NCBI GenBank assembly: GCA_016214345.1
Contig: JACROR010000009.1
Location: forward strand, 241 to 64,240
Reading direction: 5' to 3'
From: Candidatus Niyogibacteria bacterium
Lineage (GTDB): Bacteria > Patescibacteriota > Minisyncoccia > JACROR01
DNA length: 64,000 nt
In this document: in pieces, positions 1 through 9,066 of the stretch
How the letters are laid out: each line of letters opens with the position of its first letter
Numbering within the stretch: position 1 is the stretch's first letter
Made by a program: the position numbers and the translations under genes
Notes under the pieces: model-generated
Databases searched by the model: none
Told to the model about the DNA's origin: nothing
The model's input: only the letters and a program-made list of their open reading frames with translations

Positions 1-1239
1 GTCTGCCCATCCAGTAAGCCAAAAGAAAATCAACGCCCGGATATTCCAAATTGCCGTCTCCTCCGCCGTCTAACGCGAACGGGGTACGTTGCCACAAAAA
101 ATCCGAAGGAGGCCTCTCATGGATTGGCAAAGGATAACGGGAAAACCTAGTGTTTTGTTCAATGGTTACCACGCCGCGCCAGCTCCGCGCCTTGGAAATA
201 TCCGTTCTCTGACTGTTTACCGCGCGCAAATCCCTGCGAGGAGCGGGAGGAAAACGGCGAAGCATCAATAAATTCTCATTCCTGTCTGCCAGGCTCATTT
301 CCTTACCGCTGATTGCCGCGTGGATATAATTAAAAAAAACATTGTCGTGGTTTTTAGTAAAGAACCAAAGTCTTTTTTCAAAAACATCCCTATAAAATTC
401 TTTTAACGCGGGATCTTTTTCCAACTCTACTAAATTAAAGAAACTTAGGTAATAAAGATTTACGGCATAATAATCGTAATAACGGTTTATCCAAGGGAAA
501 ATGTTTTCCAACTCGTCACTATGTTTTTTAACATAATATTCGTATTGCGATTTTCCACCCTGATCAGCCTGGCTGCGCGCTTTAGTGAAAGACAAAACAT
601 GAACGGCGTTGCCAATGCCAAAAAGGCTGTGGGGGTTAAGAATGCCGCCCGTGGTCCACCGACCATTGGCGTTAAGAATTCGCCAGTCATGCTTTTCCAA
701 AGAAAAAATAATGTCTCCCAGCAAAATTCCGATACGCTTCCGCTCTTCCGCGGGCACCAATTCGTAAGCCGTCCCCAAGCCAAGAATCACTCCGATATAC
801 TGACTTGTTCTCCGCGGGGGAAATAATAACGAGCCATTAAACCTCTTTCGCCGGTTACCGCGAATAAGGATTCTATTCCTGCCAGCGCTATACGGATATT
901 TTGCAAAGCATCGTCGTCTTTAGTAACGGTATAACGATGCGCTTGAGCGGCCAGATAACAACCCGTCCAAATAGGAGCGTCGCCCACGCCTTCTCTTTCC
1001 ATTATTTCGCCGTTTTTAAAACGAATACTTACCACTAATTTTTGCGGTTCCGGCAAATGGTATTTTCTTGCCGTTTCATCATAAGCCGCGGCTTTCTGCC
1101 ATAAAGGCGTATTTATCCATTCCGCTTCTTTTTGCGGCTTTGCGATATAAGGCTCTTCCAATTCATCTGCCCAAAAAGCGGCGTAGAAAAAACCTAACGA
1201 GAAAAAAATAAAAAATATAAGGCGCCGACTAATCTTCAT
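1..1239 (-). pseudogene. Secreted/membrane-anchored uncharacterised protein (possible alpha/alpha-toroid hydrolase-like family), frameshifted near 800-823, runs off the window
   Basis: ORF 787..1239 (SD GAAAGGAG, N-terminal TM, GDAPIWTGCYLAAQAHRY) stops at TGA 787. A second minus frame is open from ~810 to position 1 and reads SQYIGVILGLGTAYELV...PLPIHERPPSDFLWQRTPFALDGGGDGNLEYPGVDFLLAYWMGR, which looks like the C-terminal part of the same protein. The fold assignment is inference. Confidence 0.7.
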
Positions 1240-1449
1240 TGCCGCCTCTCCTTTCAAAGAACGATGTATTTATACAACCACGCCTGGACCTATTTTAGCA
1301 AGAATTTCTAACCGCACTTTTGTGCGGTATCTCGCAGCGTAGCGAATAGATTTTGATGCCGCAACAAACAAAGTGTATAATATTAGTAGGTGGGCGATGA
1401 GCTATTATTTTTTTATCGACCCGCCTGAATTATTCATTTTAAAAAAACT

Positions 1450-1872
1450 ATGCCACTCTTAACTTGGGAACAAAAGAACAGTGTCGGCGTCCGCGAACTG
1501 GACGATCAGCACAAAAAACTTTTCAGTATCATTAACCGGCTTTACGATTCGATGCATACTGGCAAAGATATTGTTGAACTGAATTCTGTCCTCAAAGAAA
1601 TGATTGATTATGCCGACTATCATTTTTCCATGGAAGAAAAATATTTCGATCTTTTCAATTTTGAAGAAAAAGTTACGCACATCGCTAAGCATCGCGCCTT
1701 CGATAAAAAGGCCGCGGAATTTATGGGCAGGAATATGCTCGGCGATCCCACATTGTCATTTTTCGTACTTGATTTTCTTGAAGATTGGTGGCTCGGTCAT
1801 ATCAATAACACCGACAAGCGCTATACGAAATGCTTCAACGATCATGGCCTGAACGGAGCGCCGCAAAAATGA
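1450..1872 (+). CDS. Bacteriohemerythrin (hemerythrin-like non-heme di-iron protein)
   Basis: W...SVGVRELDDQHKKLF, YHFSMEE, HIAKH, WWLGHINNTD iron-ligand pattern. Confidence 0.9.
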   Translation: MPLLTWEQKNSVGVRELDDQHKKLFSIINRLYDSMHTGKDIVELNSVLKEMIDYADYHFSMEEKYFDLFNFEEKVTHIAKHRAFDKKAAEFMGRNMLGDPTLSFFVLDFLEDWWLGHINNTDKRYTKCFNDHGLNGAPQK

Positions 1873-2006
1873 ACTGAGAAAACTCGCCCAATCATCACGG
1901 GCGATTTTTGTTGCAAAAAGCATATGCAGGAAGCGTGTATATCATTAGATTGTTTCGCCAAAAATAAAAATCTTCCCAACTTGGGTGGAAAGATTTTTGC
2001 ATAAAT

Positions 2007-2240
2007 TTAATATCTATAAGGATTAGCCGTTCCTTTCTTTCCAGTATACGGATTATAATTTCCTTTGGTGGAAAAATTATCAAATTTAGATTTGTTGGGC
2101 GTGGTTTTATAATATGGCGCCACATAACTACCGGTTGACGGCTTAAAATGTCCTTGCACACGAGTGATCCGCGCGTCCGCGTGCGCGGAAAATGACAATA
2201 CACCGACAAATAATATAACCGCTAAAATTAACTTTCTCAT
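2007..2240 (-). CDS. Small secreted basic protein of unknown function
   Basis: Signal peptide, then VQGHFKPSTGSYVAPYYKT...NFSTKGNYNPYTGKKG, a motif seen in a widespread uncharacterised family. Confidence 0.75.
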   Translation of the reverse strand: MRKLILAVILFVGVLSFSAHADARITRVQGHFKPSTGSYVAPYYKTTPNKSKFDNFSTKGNYNPYTGKKGTANPYRY

Positions 2241-2271
2241 AAATTTATAAAATTATTTTTTATAATTTTTA

Positions 2272-2500
2272 TCACGAAATCAAAATATTTCCCCCGCATT
2301 TCTTGAATGCCGCCGCAATACCGCGCGCGGTTTCTCTTTTTAAACGGCGATGCCTCGGTATCATAGCAATAAATTTACCGTCCAAAGTTTCTACTTTGCA
2401 ATGTTTCTTGCCGTTTTTTTATTTTAAAGCCGCATTTTTCAGCGGCTTTAACTAATTTCTCGCACGAACAATCAGGGGCTTTAATTACAAACGGCTTCAC
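2272..2500 (-). pseudogene. hicA: HicA-like toxin, frameshifted in an A7 run (not in the ORF track)
   Basis: GTG at 2500. Removing one A from 2414-2420 gives VKPFVIKAPDCSCEKLVKAAEKCGFKIKNGKKHCKVETLDGKFIAMIPRHRRLKRETARGIAAAFKKCGGNILIS with HicA-type GxxH and IPxH motifs. Overlaps the end of the hicB-like gene. Confidence 0.7.
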
Positions 2501-2825
2501 GATCGGGAAATTTTACTAATTGAAGATCTTCTCCTTTACGCACTGAAAATCCCAATAAATGATATGCGACTTCCATCGGCGGCATATAATTAGGCATGTA
2601 CGAAATTAATTTTTTAGGCACATCAAAATATGTGTAAACTGCGTCGTTTACCATTTCAATAAGCTCGGAAAATGTATCGGCTTCGGTAAAACAATTCGGA
2701 AATGTAATAATTTCGGCCGAGAATCCGCCATCGGCCGAGCGCGACGCCCGAACCGTAACCGCTTCCGGAAAAAGTTTGGCAAGCCGACAAATTTCTTTTT
2801 TATCTTTGATAGAAAGTTTAACCAT
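2481..2825 (-). CDS. hicB: HicB-like antitoxin
   Basis: DGGFSAEIITFPNCFTEADTFSELIEMVNDAV matches the HicB N-terminal motif. Confidence 0.75.
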   Translation of the reverse strand: MVKLSIKDKKEICRLAKLFPEAVTVRASRSADGGFSAEIITFPNCFTEADTFSELIEMVNDAVYTYFDVPKKLISYMPNYMPPMEVAYHLLGFSVRKGEDLQLVKFPDREAVCN

Positions 2826-2942
2826 GATAATGATTTATATTTTTACTATATAATAGCGTTAAAACATTAGCAAACCAAAATATATTCTCCGCCGACTGGC
2901 AGATCTGTGTTTTTGTGGCGCCGCATATTTATGCGGCATCCT

Positions 2943-2975
2943 ACAAAAACATAGTCGCTCTGCTCGTTGTTTTTG
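2943..2975 (-). repeat. tRNA-trailer palindromic repeat (GAGCnnAGCGACTATGTTTT family)
   Basis: Similar copies at 42802-42834 (after the other tRNA-Ala) and 44561-44590 (opposite orientation). Confidence 0.7.
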
Positions 2976-3048
2976 TGGACCTGAGGGGATTCGAACCCCT
3001 GACCTCTCGCATGCCATGCGAACGCTCTGCCAACTGAGCTACAGGCCC
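2976..3048 (-). tRNA. tRNA-Ala(GGC)
   Basis: GGGCCTGTAGCTCAGTTGGCAGAGC...anticodon loop ATGGCAT...GGTTCGAATCCCCTCAGGTCCA cloverleaf. Confidence 0.95.
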
Positions 3049-3718
3049 TTTAAAATTATTTTTGGAATCATCTCTAATTCCAACTGAGTATGCGTTCCAC
3101 CGCACATAATAACACAAACTCCTTTATATTCCTTTCGCCTGGTTGGCCTGCCAATGGTGCGCGGATCAGGAATAGTTTTATAAAAATTACTTATAGGAAT
3201 AGAAGTAACACGCGACCAATACCTTTGTAAAGAATTAATATTCTGATCTGCCCTATAACTTACCCTGCATTTCAAACTCTTAGAATTTATACCATAACAT
3301 TCGCGTAATAAATTTATATATAAACAAACAAGGTTTGGATCGGAGCTTCCAAGCATTAAACCATGATGAGATTTCCATTTCGCGCCTTCACCGAAATAAA
3401 GAACGGCTAAAAGCATTTTTAAAACATCTTTGTCTTGTAATTTTTGGCTCAAATTATCATTATTCACCAACAAATTATTCAACAATCTTTCTCTTTTGAT
3501 TTTATTGGATGCCCACGCTCTCTTTTGCGCTTTGCTGAAATTCTTTGCGTTCAACTGCTCAATTTTCTTTTGATAATGCGCTGGCAATTCTACATCGCGA
3601 CACCAATCAGAAATAGTACTTTTTGGAAAAACAGATTTTATCTCATTCGTTATTTCTGAATAAGTTTTCGCGAACGAAGTGTCCGCACTTTCTTTTTTAT
3701 GGATTCGTCATACGCCAT
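3039..3718 (-). pseudogene. HTH plus LAGLIDADG-like domain protein (CPR-type), frameshifted near 3670
   Basis: ATG 3718 gives MAYDESIKKKVRTLRS. After a frame change it continues KTYSEITNEIKSVFPKSTISDWCRDV (HTH) in frame with ORF 3039..3587, which contains LLAVLYFGEGAK, L..YWS..T.IP and Y.GVC. Span is 680 nt, not a multiple of 3. Confidence 0.65.
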
Positions 3719-3760
3719 TATTAAAATTGTACTCCTAAATTATCAATGTGCAAAATTATT

Positions 3761-3997
3761 TTATCGCGGCAATGAAGACGGCTGCGCGCGGCGCATATTG
3801 AAACATTCGTAGACCGCCGCCGCTATGAAAACCACTTCCAACACTATGAATACCGTGTCTCCTATATATATGCTGTAAACTTCCAAAAGCGCTCCAGCCA
3901 CGATAAATGCCATATTCTGTTTTCTGCGGTCTTGGAGAAGCACCGCCGCGACGATAAATAAAACCCCTATCGCGCCTATGATTTTGAAAATATCCAT
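3761..3997 (-). CDS. Small 3-TM membrane protein
   Basis: Three hydrophobic segments in 78 aa; directly downstream of the EndoQ-like gene. Confidence 0.75.
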   Translation of the reverse strand: MDIFKIIGAIGVLFIVAAVLLQDRRKQNMAFIVAGALLEVYSIYIGDTVFIVLEVVFIAAAVYECFNMRRAQPSSLPR

Positions 3998-4036
3998 ATT
4001 TTGCCCGATTAAATTACTAATGCCTTAATTATACCA

Positions 4037-5317
4037 CTAAAAAATGCTCACTTCTCCGTACTCCCCGTCATAGCCGGGCTTTATATTCACCCGCCCTTCG
4101 CGCAAACGCCTGACCGCTTCAGCGATCCGGCTTTCGCCCGCGCTCTCCAACTCTTTGGGACTGACATTTAACAAAATATTCAATTCGCTGCCGAATTTCA
4201 CGATCAAATTATTATATTTTTCTTTAACTTTTTTAGAAGCCGTTCCCACGCCCAAAGCTTCACTCACCACCTCGTCTAACGGCACCAGATTATAATAAGG
4301 AACGCGCCCCACGCTTTCATGGTAAAAATTTTGCGCGATTTTCGGGGTTTTCCGGTCGGAGAGTTTCGCCACGCGATTCAAAACTCCCACCACCACGGGC
4401 TTGCCGCATTTGGGACACAGACTTTTGTGCTTCTCGGTTTCTTCCGGAGAAAAAACCACGCCACAGGCGCGATGCCCGTCGTAATGGTACTTCCCTTCTT
4501 CCGGAAAAAATTCAATTGTTGCAACAAATTTTGACTTTTGATTTTTGACTTTTGATTTTTGATTCGGCGCGCCGCTTTTTATCGCCCCCATAATTCCCTC
4601 GTATGATAATTCCGTGTCAAAAATATTCGCCTCGCGACCGATCTTTTGCAAACTGTGCGAATCGGAATTGGAAATGAGCGCCAGATTGTCCAGGGCGGAG
4701 AGCCGCCAATTCATCGAGGGATCGGACGAAAGTCCGGTTTCTAACGCGAAAATATGTTTGCTCATTTTACCGAAACATTCCTCCAACGAATCAAATCCTG
4801 ACATTGATCCGAAAAGCGAAAACCACGGAGTCCAAACATGGGCGGGAATTATCACCGCGCGAGAATTGATCTCCAAAACTATTTTCGCCAACTCTTCGGA
4901 ATCCAAACCCAAAATCGGCCTGCCGTCGGAACGCAAATTTCCGATAAGCGACAATTGCGCGATTATTTTCTCCGCGGTCGCCATATCCGGCGCTAACACG
5001 ATATTATGAACGCGCCGCGCCCTGCCTCCGCGGGAATAAATTCCGGAAATCTCAACCGTTAGCAAAAAACGGGTTTCCGCGAAAGTGCCTTTGAGTGTTT
5101 TTAACTTGTATTTATTTTTCAGCCGATAAAGTCCCGATTCCGCCGGCTCTAATTTGGTCTTGATCTCTTTGAACCACGCCGGATGCGTAAAGTCTCCGGT
5201 CCCCATAACCAAAATTCCTTTGTCATCAGCCCACCGATCCAATTCTTCCAAACACAAACTTTTAGAAGTCGCCCGCGACCACTTGGAATGAATATGCAGA
5301 TCGGCTATGAATTTCAT
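4037..5317 (-). CDS. Endonuclease Q family PHP-domain protein (TIGR00375-like)
   Basis: ADLHIHSKWSRATS, GTGDFTHP, IPAHVWTPW, ETGLSSD, NSDSHS, GKYHYDGHRAC...CPKCG, PGYDGEYG. Confidence 0.9.
   Translation of the reverse strand: MKFIADLHIHSKWSRATSKSLCLEELDRWADDKGILVMGTGDFTHPAWFKEIKTKLEPAESGLYRLKNKYKLKTLKGTFAETRFLLTVEISGIYSRGGRARRVHNIVLAPDMATAEKIIAQLSLIGNLRSDGRPILGLDSEELAKIVLEINSRAVIIPAHVWTPWFSLFGSMSGFDSLEECFGKMSKHIFALETGLSSDPSMNWRLSALDNLALISNSDSHSLQKIGREANIFDTELSYEGIMGAIKSGAPNQKSKVKNQKSKFVATIEFFPEEGKYHYDGHRACGVVFSPEETEKHKSLCPKCGKPVVVGVLNRVAKLSDRKTPKIAQNFYHESVGRVPYYNLVPLDEVVSEALGVGTASKKVKEKYNNLIVKFGSELNILLNVSPKELESAGESRIAEAVRRLREGRVNIKPGYDGEYGEVSIF
4529..4563. repeat. Heptamer tandem repeat (TTTTGAY)x5 inside a CDS
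   Basis: Encodes the NQKSKVKNQKSK insert in the EndoQ-like protein. Confidence 0.85.
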
Positions 5318-5319
5318 AA

Positions 5320-5391
5320 TGCCCTTGGTAGGAATCGGACCTACATTTACCCCTTAGGACGGGGTTGTTCTATCCATTGAACTACAAGGGC
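5320..5391 (-). tRNA. tRNA-Arg(CCT)
   Basis: GCCCTTGTAGTTCAATGGATAGAAC, stem ACCCC/GGGGT, loop GTCCTAA, T-loop TCCGATT. Confidence 0.92.
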
Positions 5392-5466
5392 GTGTTTGCA
5401 ACACCCAAAATATTTTATGCTATACTATACATAATACACTATTAGCAAATATCCCATAAACCAAAT

Positions 5467-6567
5467 ATGGATTACGAACAAAAAATAATAAGCGTTACCA
5501 AAAAAGCCCTGCCCGCGGTAGTAAGTATCGTCATTACCAAAGATTTGGAACAAATCACCTCGGAACTTTCTTTCAATCCGATGTTCAACAACCCTTACGA
5601 TCGGGCATTTTTGGAATCCAAGCTCCGCGAAGCTCCGAAAGACGAACACGGCAGAATCAAAATAGGCGGCGGATCGGGATTTATCATATCACCGGACGGC
5701 ATCGTGCTCACCAACAAACACGTGGTCATGGATACCAAATCGGAATACGGAGTGATCATGGGCGGCGGCAAAAAATATGACGCGGAGGTCCTGGCGCGCG
5801 ATCCTTTGAATGATGTCGCCATCATAAAAATAAAAGCGAAAGGTCTTCCGTATTTGGAGCTTGGTTCGGCGTTGAACCTTGAATTGGGACAAACAGTCAT
5901 CGCCATCGGCAACGCGCTAAACGAATTTCAAAATACCGTATCCACCGGAGTGGTATCCGGACTATCGCGCCTCATCACCGCCACTACTGATATCGCGGGA
6001 CATCAAGAACGCTTGAAAGGGCTCATCCAAACCGACGCCGCCATAAATCCGGGAAATTCGGGCGGCCCCATGATAAACCTGGACGGCAAAGTTATCGGCA
6101 TAAATTCCGCCATAGTCTTTGGAGCGCAAAATATCGGATTCGCTATTCCCATAGAACGCGCCAAAGCGGACCTGGAAGAGATTAAAAAATACGGACGCAT
6201 CAGACGGCCATTCATAGGATTGCGGCACATTATGTTAAACCAGATTCTCAAAGACCGCTTTCATCTGCCAGTAGAAAACGGAGCGCTCATCATGAGCGAA
6301 GGACTGCCCCAAGGAGAAACCGCGGTAATTCCCAACAGCCCAGCGGAAAAAGCGGGCATCAAAGAATTTGATATAATCCTGCGATGCAATAATAAAGACA
6401 TCAACGAAGAAAACACACTGGAAGACCAATTATCCAATTTAAAAATAGGAGACGCGGCTAAATTAACCGTTCTGCGCGAAGGTAAAAAACTGGAAAAGAA
6501 AATAGTGTTGGGCGAAATAAACAAACAAACTCTAAGCGCCGACGTCCCTCAAAAAGAAACCGACTAG
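5467..6567 (+). CDS. htrA: HtrA/DegP-family serine protease with PDZ domain
   Basis: [27 protein letters not shown]-terminal PDZ ([14 protein letters not shown]). Confidence 0.93.
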   Translation: MDYEQKIISVTKKALPAVVSIVITKDLEQITSELSFNPMFNNPYDRAFLESKLREAPKDEHGRIKIGGGSGFIISPDGIVLTNKHVVMDTKSEYGVIMGGGKKYDAEVLARDPLNDVAIIKIKAKGLPYLELGSALNLELGQTVIAIGNALNEFQNTVSTGVVSGLSRLITATTDIAGHQERLKGLIQTDAAINPGNSGGPMINLDGKVIGINSAIVFGAQNIGFAIPIERAKADLEEIKKYGRIRRPFIGLRHIMLNQILKDRFHLPVENGALIMSEGLPQGETAVIPNSPAEKAGIKEFDIILRCNNKDINEENTLEDQLSNLKIGDAAKLTVLREGKKLEKKIVLGEINKQTLSADVPQKETD

Positions 6568-7257
6568 ATAAGCGATAAAAGAAGCGACGCCTCCCACCAA
6601 AAGCATTTCCAAACCGGAACGATACCATGGCAAACCGGTAAAAATAGAACGCAGCGACCCTACTGCGAACAAAACCAGGGCCGTCATAACGATGGCGTAT
6701 TGAAATACATTATCGCCGTTTCCTCCCAAAATCAAGTAGGGCAAGATGGGAAGCGACCCCGCCAGCACGAACGCGGCAAAAGTCGCCGCGGCATCCGCAA
6801 TGGGACTATAACTTATGAGCGGCGCGAAATTAAGCTCTTCGCTCATCATAAAATCCACCCAGTACTTTTTATTTTGGGAAACCAAACCAACCATCTTTTC
6901 CAAATCTTCACCCTCGTATCCTTTTTGTTTGAAAATATCGCGAATTTCCGCCTTTTCCTGTTCGGGAATATCCCGCACCTCTTCTTCTTCAATACTTTTC
7001 TCGCGCAGGAAAAGATCTATTTCCGATTTAGTGCTCAAATAATTGGAAACTGCCATGGAAAAACCGTCGGCCAACAAATTGGCAACTCCTATGACCACTA
7101 CTACGACCGGAGAAAGCGCGGCTCCGGCCACTCCGGCAACCACGGCAAAGGTGGTAACAATTCCGTCATTCGCCCCATACACAACACTCCGAAGAAATTG
7201 TCCTCCATTCAGATGTTTTCTACCGCGAAATGACGCTCTTTCAAAAATATAAGACAT
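6532..7257 (-). CDS. VIT1/CCC1-family Fe/Mn transporter
   Basis: [38 protein letters not shown]. Confidence 0.93.
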   Translation of the reverse strand: MSYIFERASFRGRKHLNGGQFLRSVVYGANDGIVTTFAVVAGVAGAALSPVVVVVIGVANLLADGFSMAVSNYLSTKSEIDLFLREKSIEEEEVRDIPEQEKAEIRDIFKQKGYEGEDLEKMVGLVSQNKKYWVDFMMSEELNFAPLISYSPIADAAATFAAFVLAGSLPILPYLILGGNGDNVFQYAIVMTALVLFAVGSLRSIFTGLPWYRSGLEMLLVGGVASFIAYLVGFFLRDVGA

Positions 7258-7269
7258 GAGGATCCCGGC

Positions 7270-7506
7270 TTACTTAACGCCCAAAAGCTCCGACAACCGC
7301 GACTCGTCAAAACCAATTATCATTTCATCGTCTACAAAAATTACCGGCACGCCCATTTGGCCTGATTTTTCTATCATCTCGTCCCGTTTAGCCTCATCTA
7401 CCGAAACATCATGTTCCGTAAATTTTATTTTATGTTCCTTAAAAAACTCTTTTGCCATCCGGCAATAACCGCAAGTCGGCGTAGAATAAATGATAACTTT
7501 TGCCAT
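7270..7506 (-). CDS. Glutaredoxin-like protein (NrdH/YruB type)
   Basis: YSTPTCGYC, SGQMGVPVI, IIGFD. Confidence 0.92.
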   Translation of the reverse strand: MAKVIIYSTPTCGYCRMAKEFFKEHKIKFTEHDVSVDEAKRDEMIEKSGQMGVPVIFVDDEMIIGFDESRLSELLGVK

Positions 7507-7566
7507 AAAATATTCGCGTTAAATTTTATTTGATAATAAACGACTGCTACTATATAATAGCATACT

Positions 7567-8313
7567 ATGAATTTTTCTTTAGCAAAAAATATCGTTTACG
7601 AGGATCGGGATGTCGTCGTGATAAACAAACCGGCAGGGATTGTGGTTCATCCGGACGCCACACACAAAAACGAAACGATGGTTGACGCTCTTTTAGAGCT
7701 GCATCCGGAAATTAAAACTGTGGGAGATGACCCGACGCGCCCGGGAATCGTGCACAGATTAGACAAAGACACATCCGGAGTTTTAATCGTCGCCAAAAAC
7801 CAAGCGGCGTTTGATCATCTAAAAAAAGAATTTCAAGAACGCCGCGCAATCAAAAACTACATAACATTGGCAGTAGGCTCCTTAAAACAAACGCAAGGAG
7901 AAATTAATTTACCCATCGGACGCGGATATAAAACACCCACGCAGCGCGTAGCCATACAGGCGCATCTGCCTGCCGGCAGACAGGTGCGCGGGCAAATAAG
8001 AGAAGCCCTTACTTATTATAAAGTGCTGGAAAGATTCCCGGAATTTACCCTAATGCAAATAACTCCCAAAACCGGGCGCACCCACCAAATAAGAACTCAT
8101 CTGAAAGCGATCGGCCATCCAGTGGCGTGCGACAAATTATACGGCGGAAAATTATTTATCTGCCCCATGGGCCTCACGCGGCAATTCCTCCATGCCGCTT
8201 CATTGGAACTTACACTCCCCTCGGGTTCACGCATTAAGCTGGAAGCGGATCTCCCCGACGACTTAATGAACACGCTTATGACTTTAAGGACACGCTTAGC
8301 AGGCAAAAGCTAA
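7567..8313 (+). CDS. RluA/RluD-family pseudouridine synthase
   Basis: NKPAGIVVHP, HRLDKDTSG, TGRTHQIRTH, LHA. Confidence 0.93.
   Translation: MNFSLAKNIVYEDRDVVVINKPAGIVVHPDATHKNETMVDALLELHPEIKTVGDDPTRPGIVHRLDKDTSGVLIVAKNQAAFDHLKKEFQERRAIKNYITLAVGSLKQTQGEINLPIGRGYKTPTQRVAIQAHLPAGRQVRGQIREALTYYKVLERFPEFTLMQITPKTGRTHQIRTHLKAIGHPVACDKLYGGKLFICPMGLTRQFLHAASLELTLPSGSRIKLEADLPDDLMNTLMTLRTRLAGKS
7960..7989. repeat. CCTGCCTGCCGGCAGGCAGG-type palindrome inserted in-frame
   Basis: GCGCATCTGCCTGCCGGCAGACAGGTGCGC encodes AHLPAGRQVR; relatives at 16527, 18246, 28673, 36648 and 44849. Confidence 0.8.
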
Positions 8314-8318
8314 CACTA

Positions 8319-8380
8319 ACTTGGAAACCGAGTTTCCAAGTCGCAAACTAAAAACTACAACCTAGAAACTAAAACCTAAA
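8319..8380. repeat. Palindrome ACTTGGAAACCGAGTTTCCAAGT followed by degenerate AAACTAA heptamers
   Basis: Seen directly; similar heptamer tract at 52575-52625 and related palindrome at ~31034-31055. Confidence 0.65.
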
Positions 8381-8423
8381 ATAGTTGCCTAAATAAAAAA
8401 AACGTGATAAAAATAATACCATT

Positions 8424-8885
8424 ATGACCGCGATCAATCTAATCAAGTTTTCACCCGTGGACATAGAACAAAGACAAAAAACCGACCTTCAAGCCGGAGA
8501 TACCGTCCGCGTATGGCAACGCATCAAAGAAAAAGACAAAACCCGTCTTCAAGCGTTTGAAGGCCTGATCATCGCCCGTAAACACGGCACCGAACCGGGA
8601 GCCACTTTTACGGTCCGCAGGGTAACCTCGGGCATCGGCGTGGAAAAAACATTTCTTCTTTATTCCCCTGTCATTGAAAAAATAGATCTGATGCGCAGAT
8701 CCAAAGTAAGGCGCGCCAAACTTTACTACATACGGGACAAGGCGGCAAAAGAAATACGCCGCAAAATGAAACAGCTCAAAGGAGAAGCCATGAGCGCGGC
8801 GGCCTTTACTAAACCGAGAGTCGCGCCTGAAAAAGGAAACGCCGTTACGGAAGTCCCATCTGAAAATACAAACGAACAAGAATAA
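8424..8885 (+). CDS. rplS: 50S ribosomal protein L19
   Basis: GDTVRV...RLQAFEG..IA, TFTVRR, GVEKTF, KVRRAKLYYIR. Confidence 0.97.
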   Translation: MTAINLIKFSPVDIEQRQKTDLQAGDTVRVWQRIKEKDKTRLQAFEGLIIARKHGTEPGATFTVRRVTSGIGVEKTFLLYSPVIEKIDLMRRSKVRRAKLYYIRDKAAKEIRRKMKQLKGEAMSAAAFTKPRVAPEKGNAVTEVPSENTNEQE

Positions 8886-8983
8886 TAACTAACGATGATA
8901 GTATAAAATTCCCCATTTTTGTGTCAGCCAAAGGTGGGGGATTTCTTTACGCGAAGAAACGCGTGAGATATAATGCCAATGAT

Positions 8984-9066
8984 GCCCAGGTGGTGGAATT
9001 GGTATACACAGCAGCTTGAGGGGCTGTGCCCGTAAGGGCGTGCGGGTTCAAATCCCGCCCTGGGCA
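8984..9066 (+). tRNA. tRNA-Leu(GAG)
   Basis: GCCCAGGTGGTGGAATTGGTATACAC, loop TTGAGGG, long variable arm GCCCGTAAGGGC, GGTTCAAATCC. Confidence 0.95.

Noticed and set aside
787-789. TGA readthrough or genetic code 25 to explain the broken first gene
   Set aside because: The continuation is in a different frame, and conserved genes (nusA, comM, recombinase) end properly on TGA
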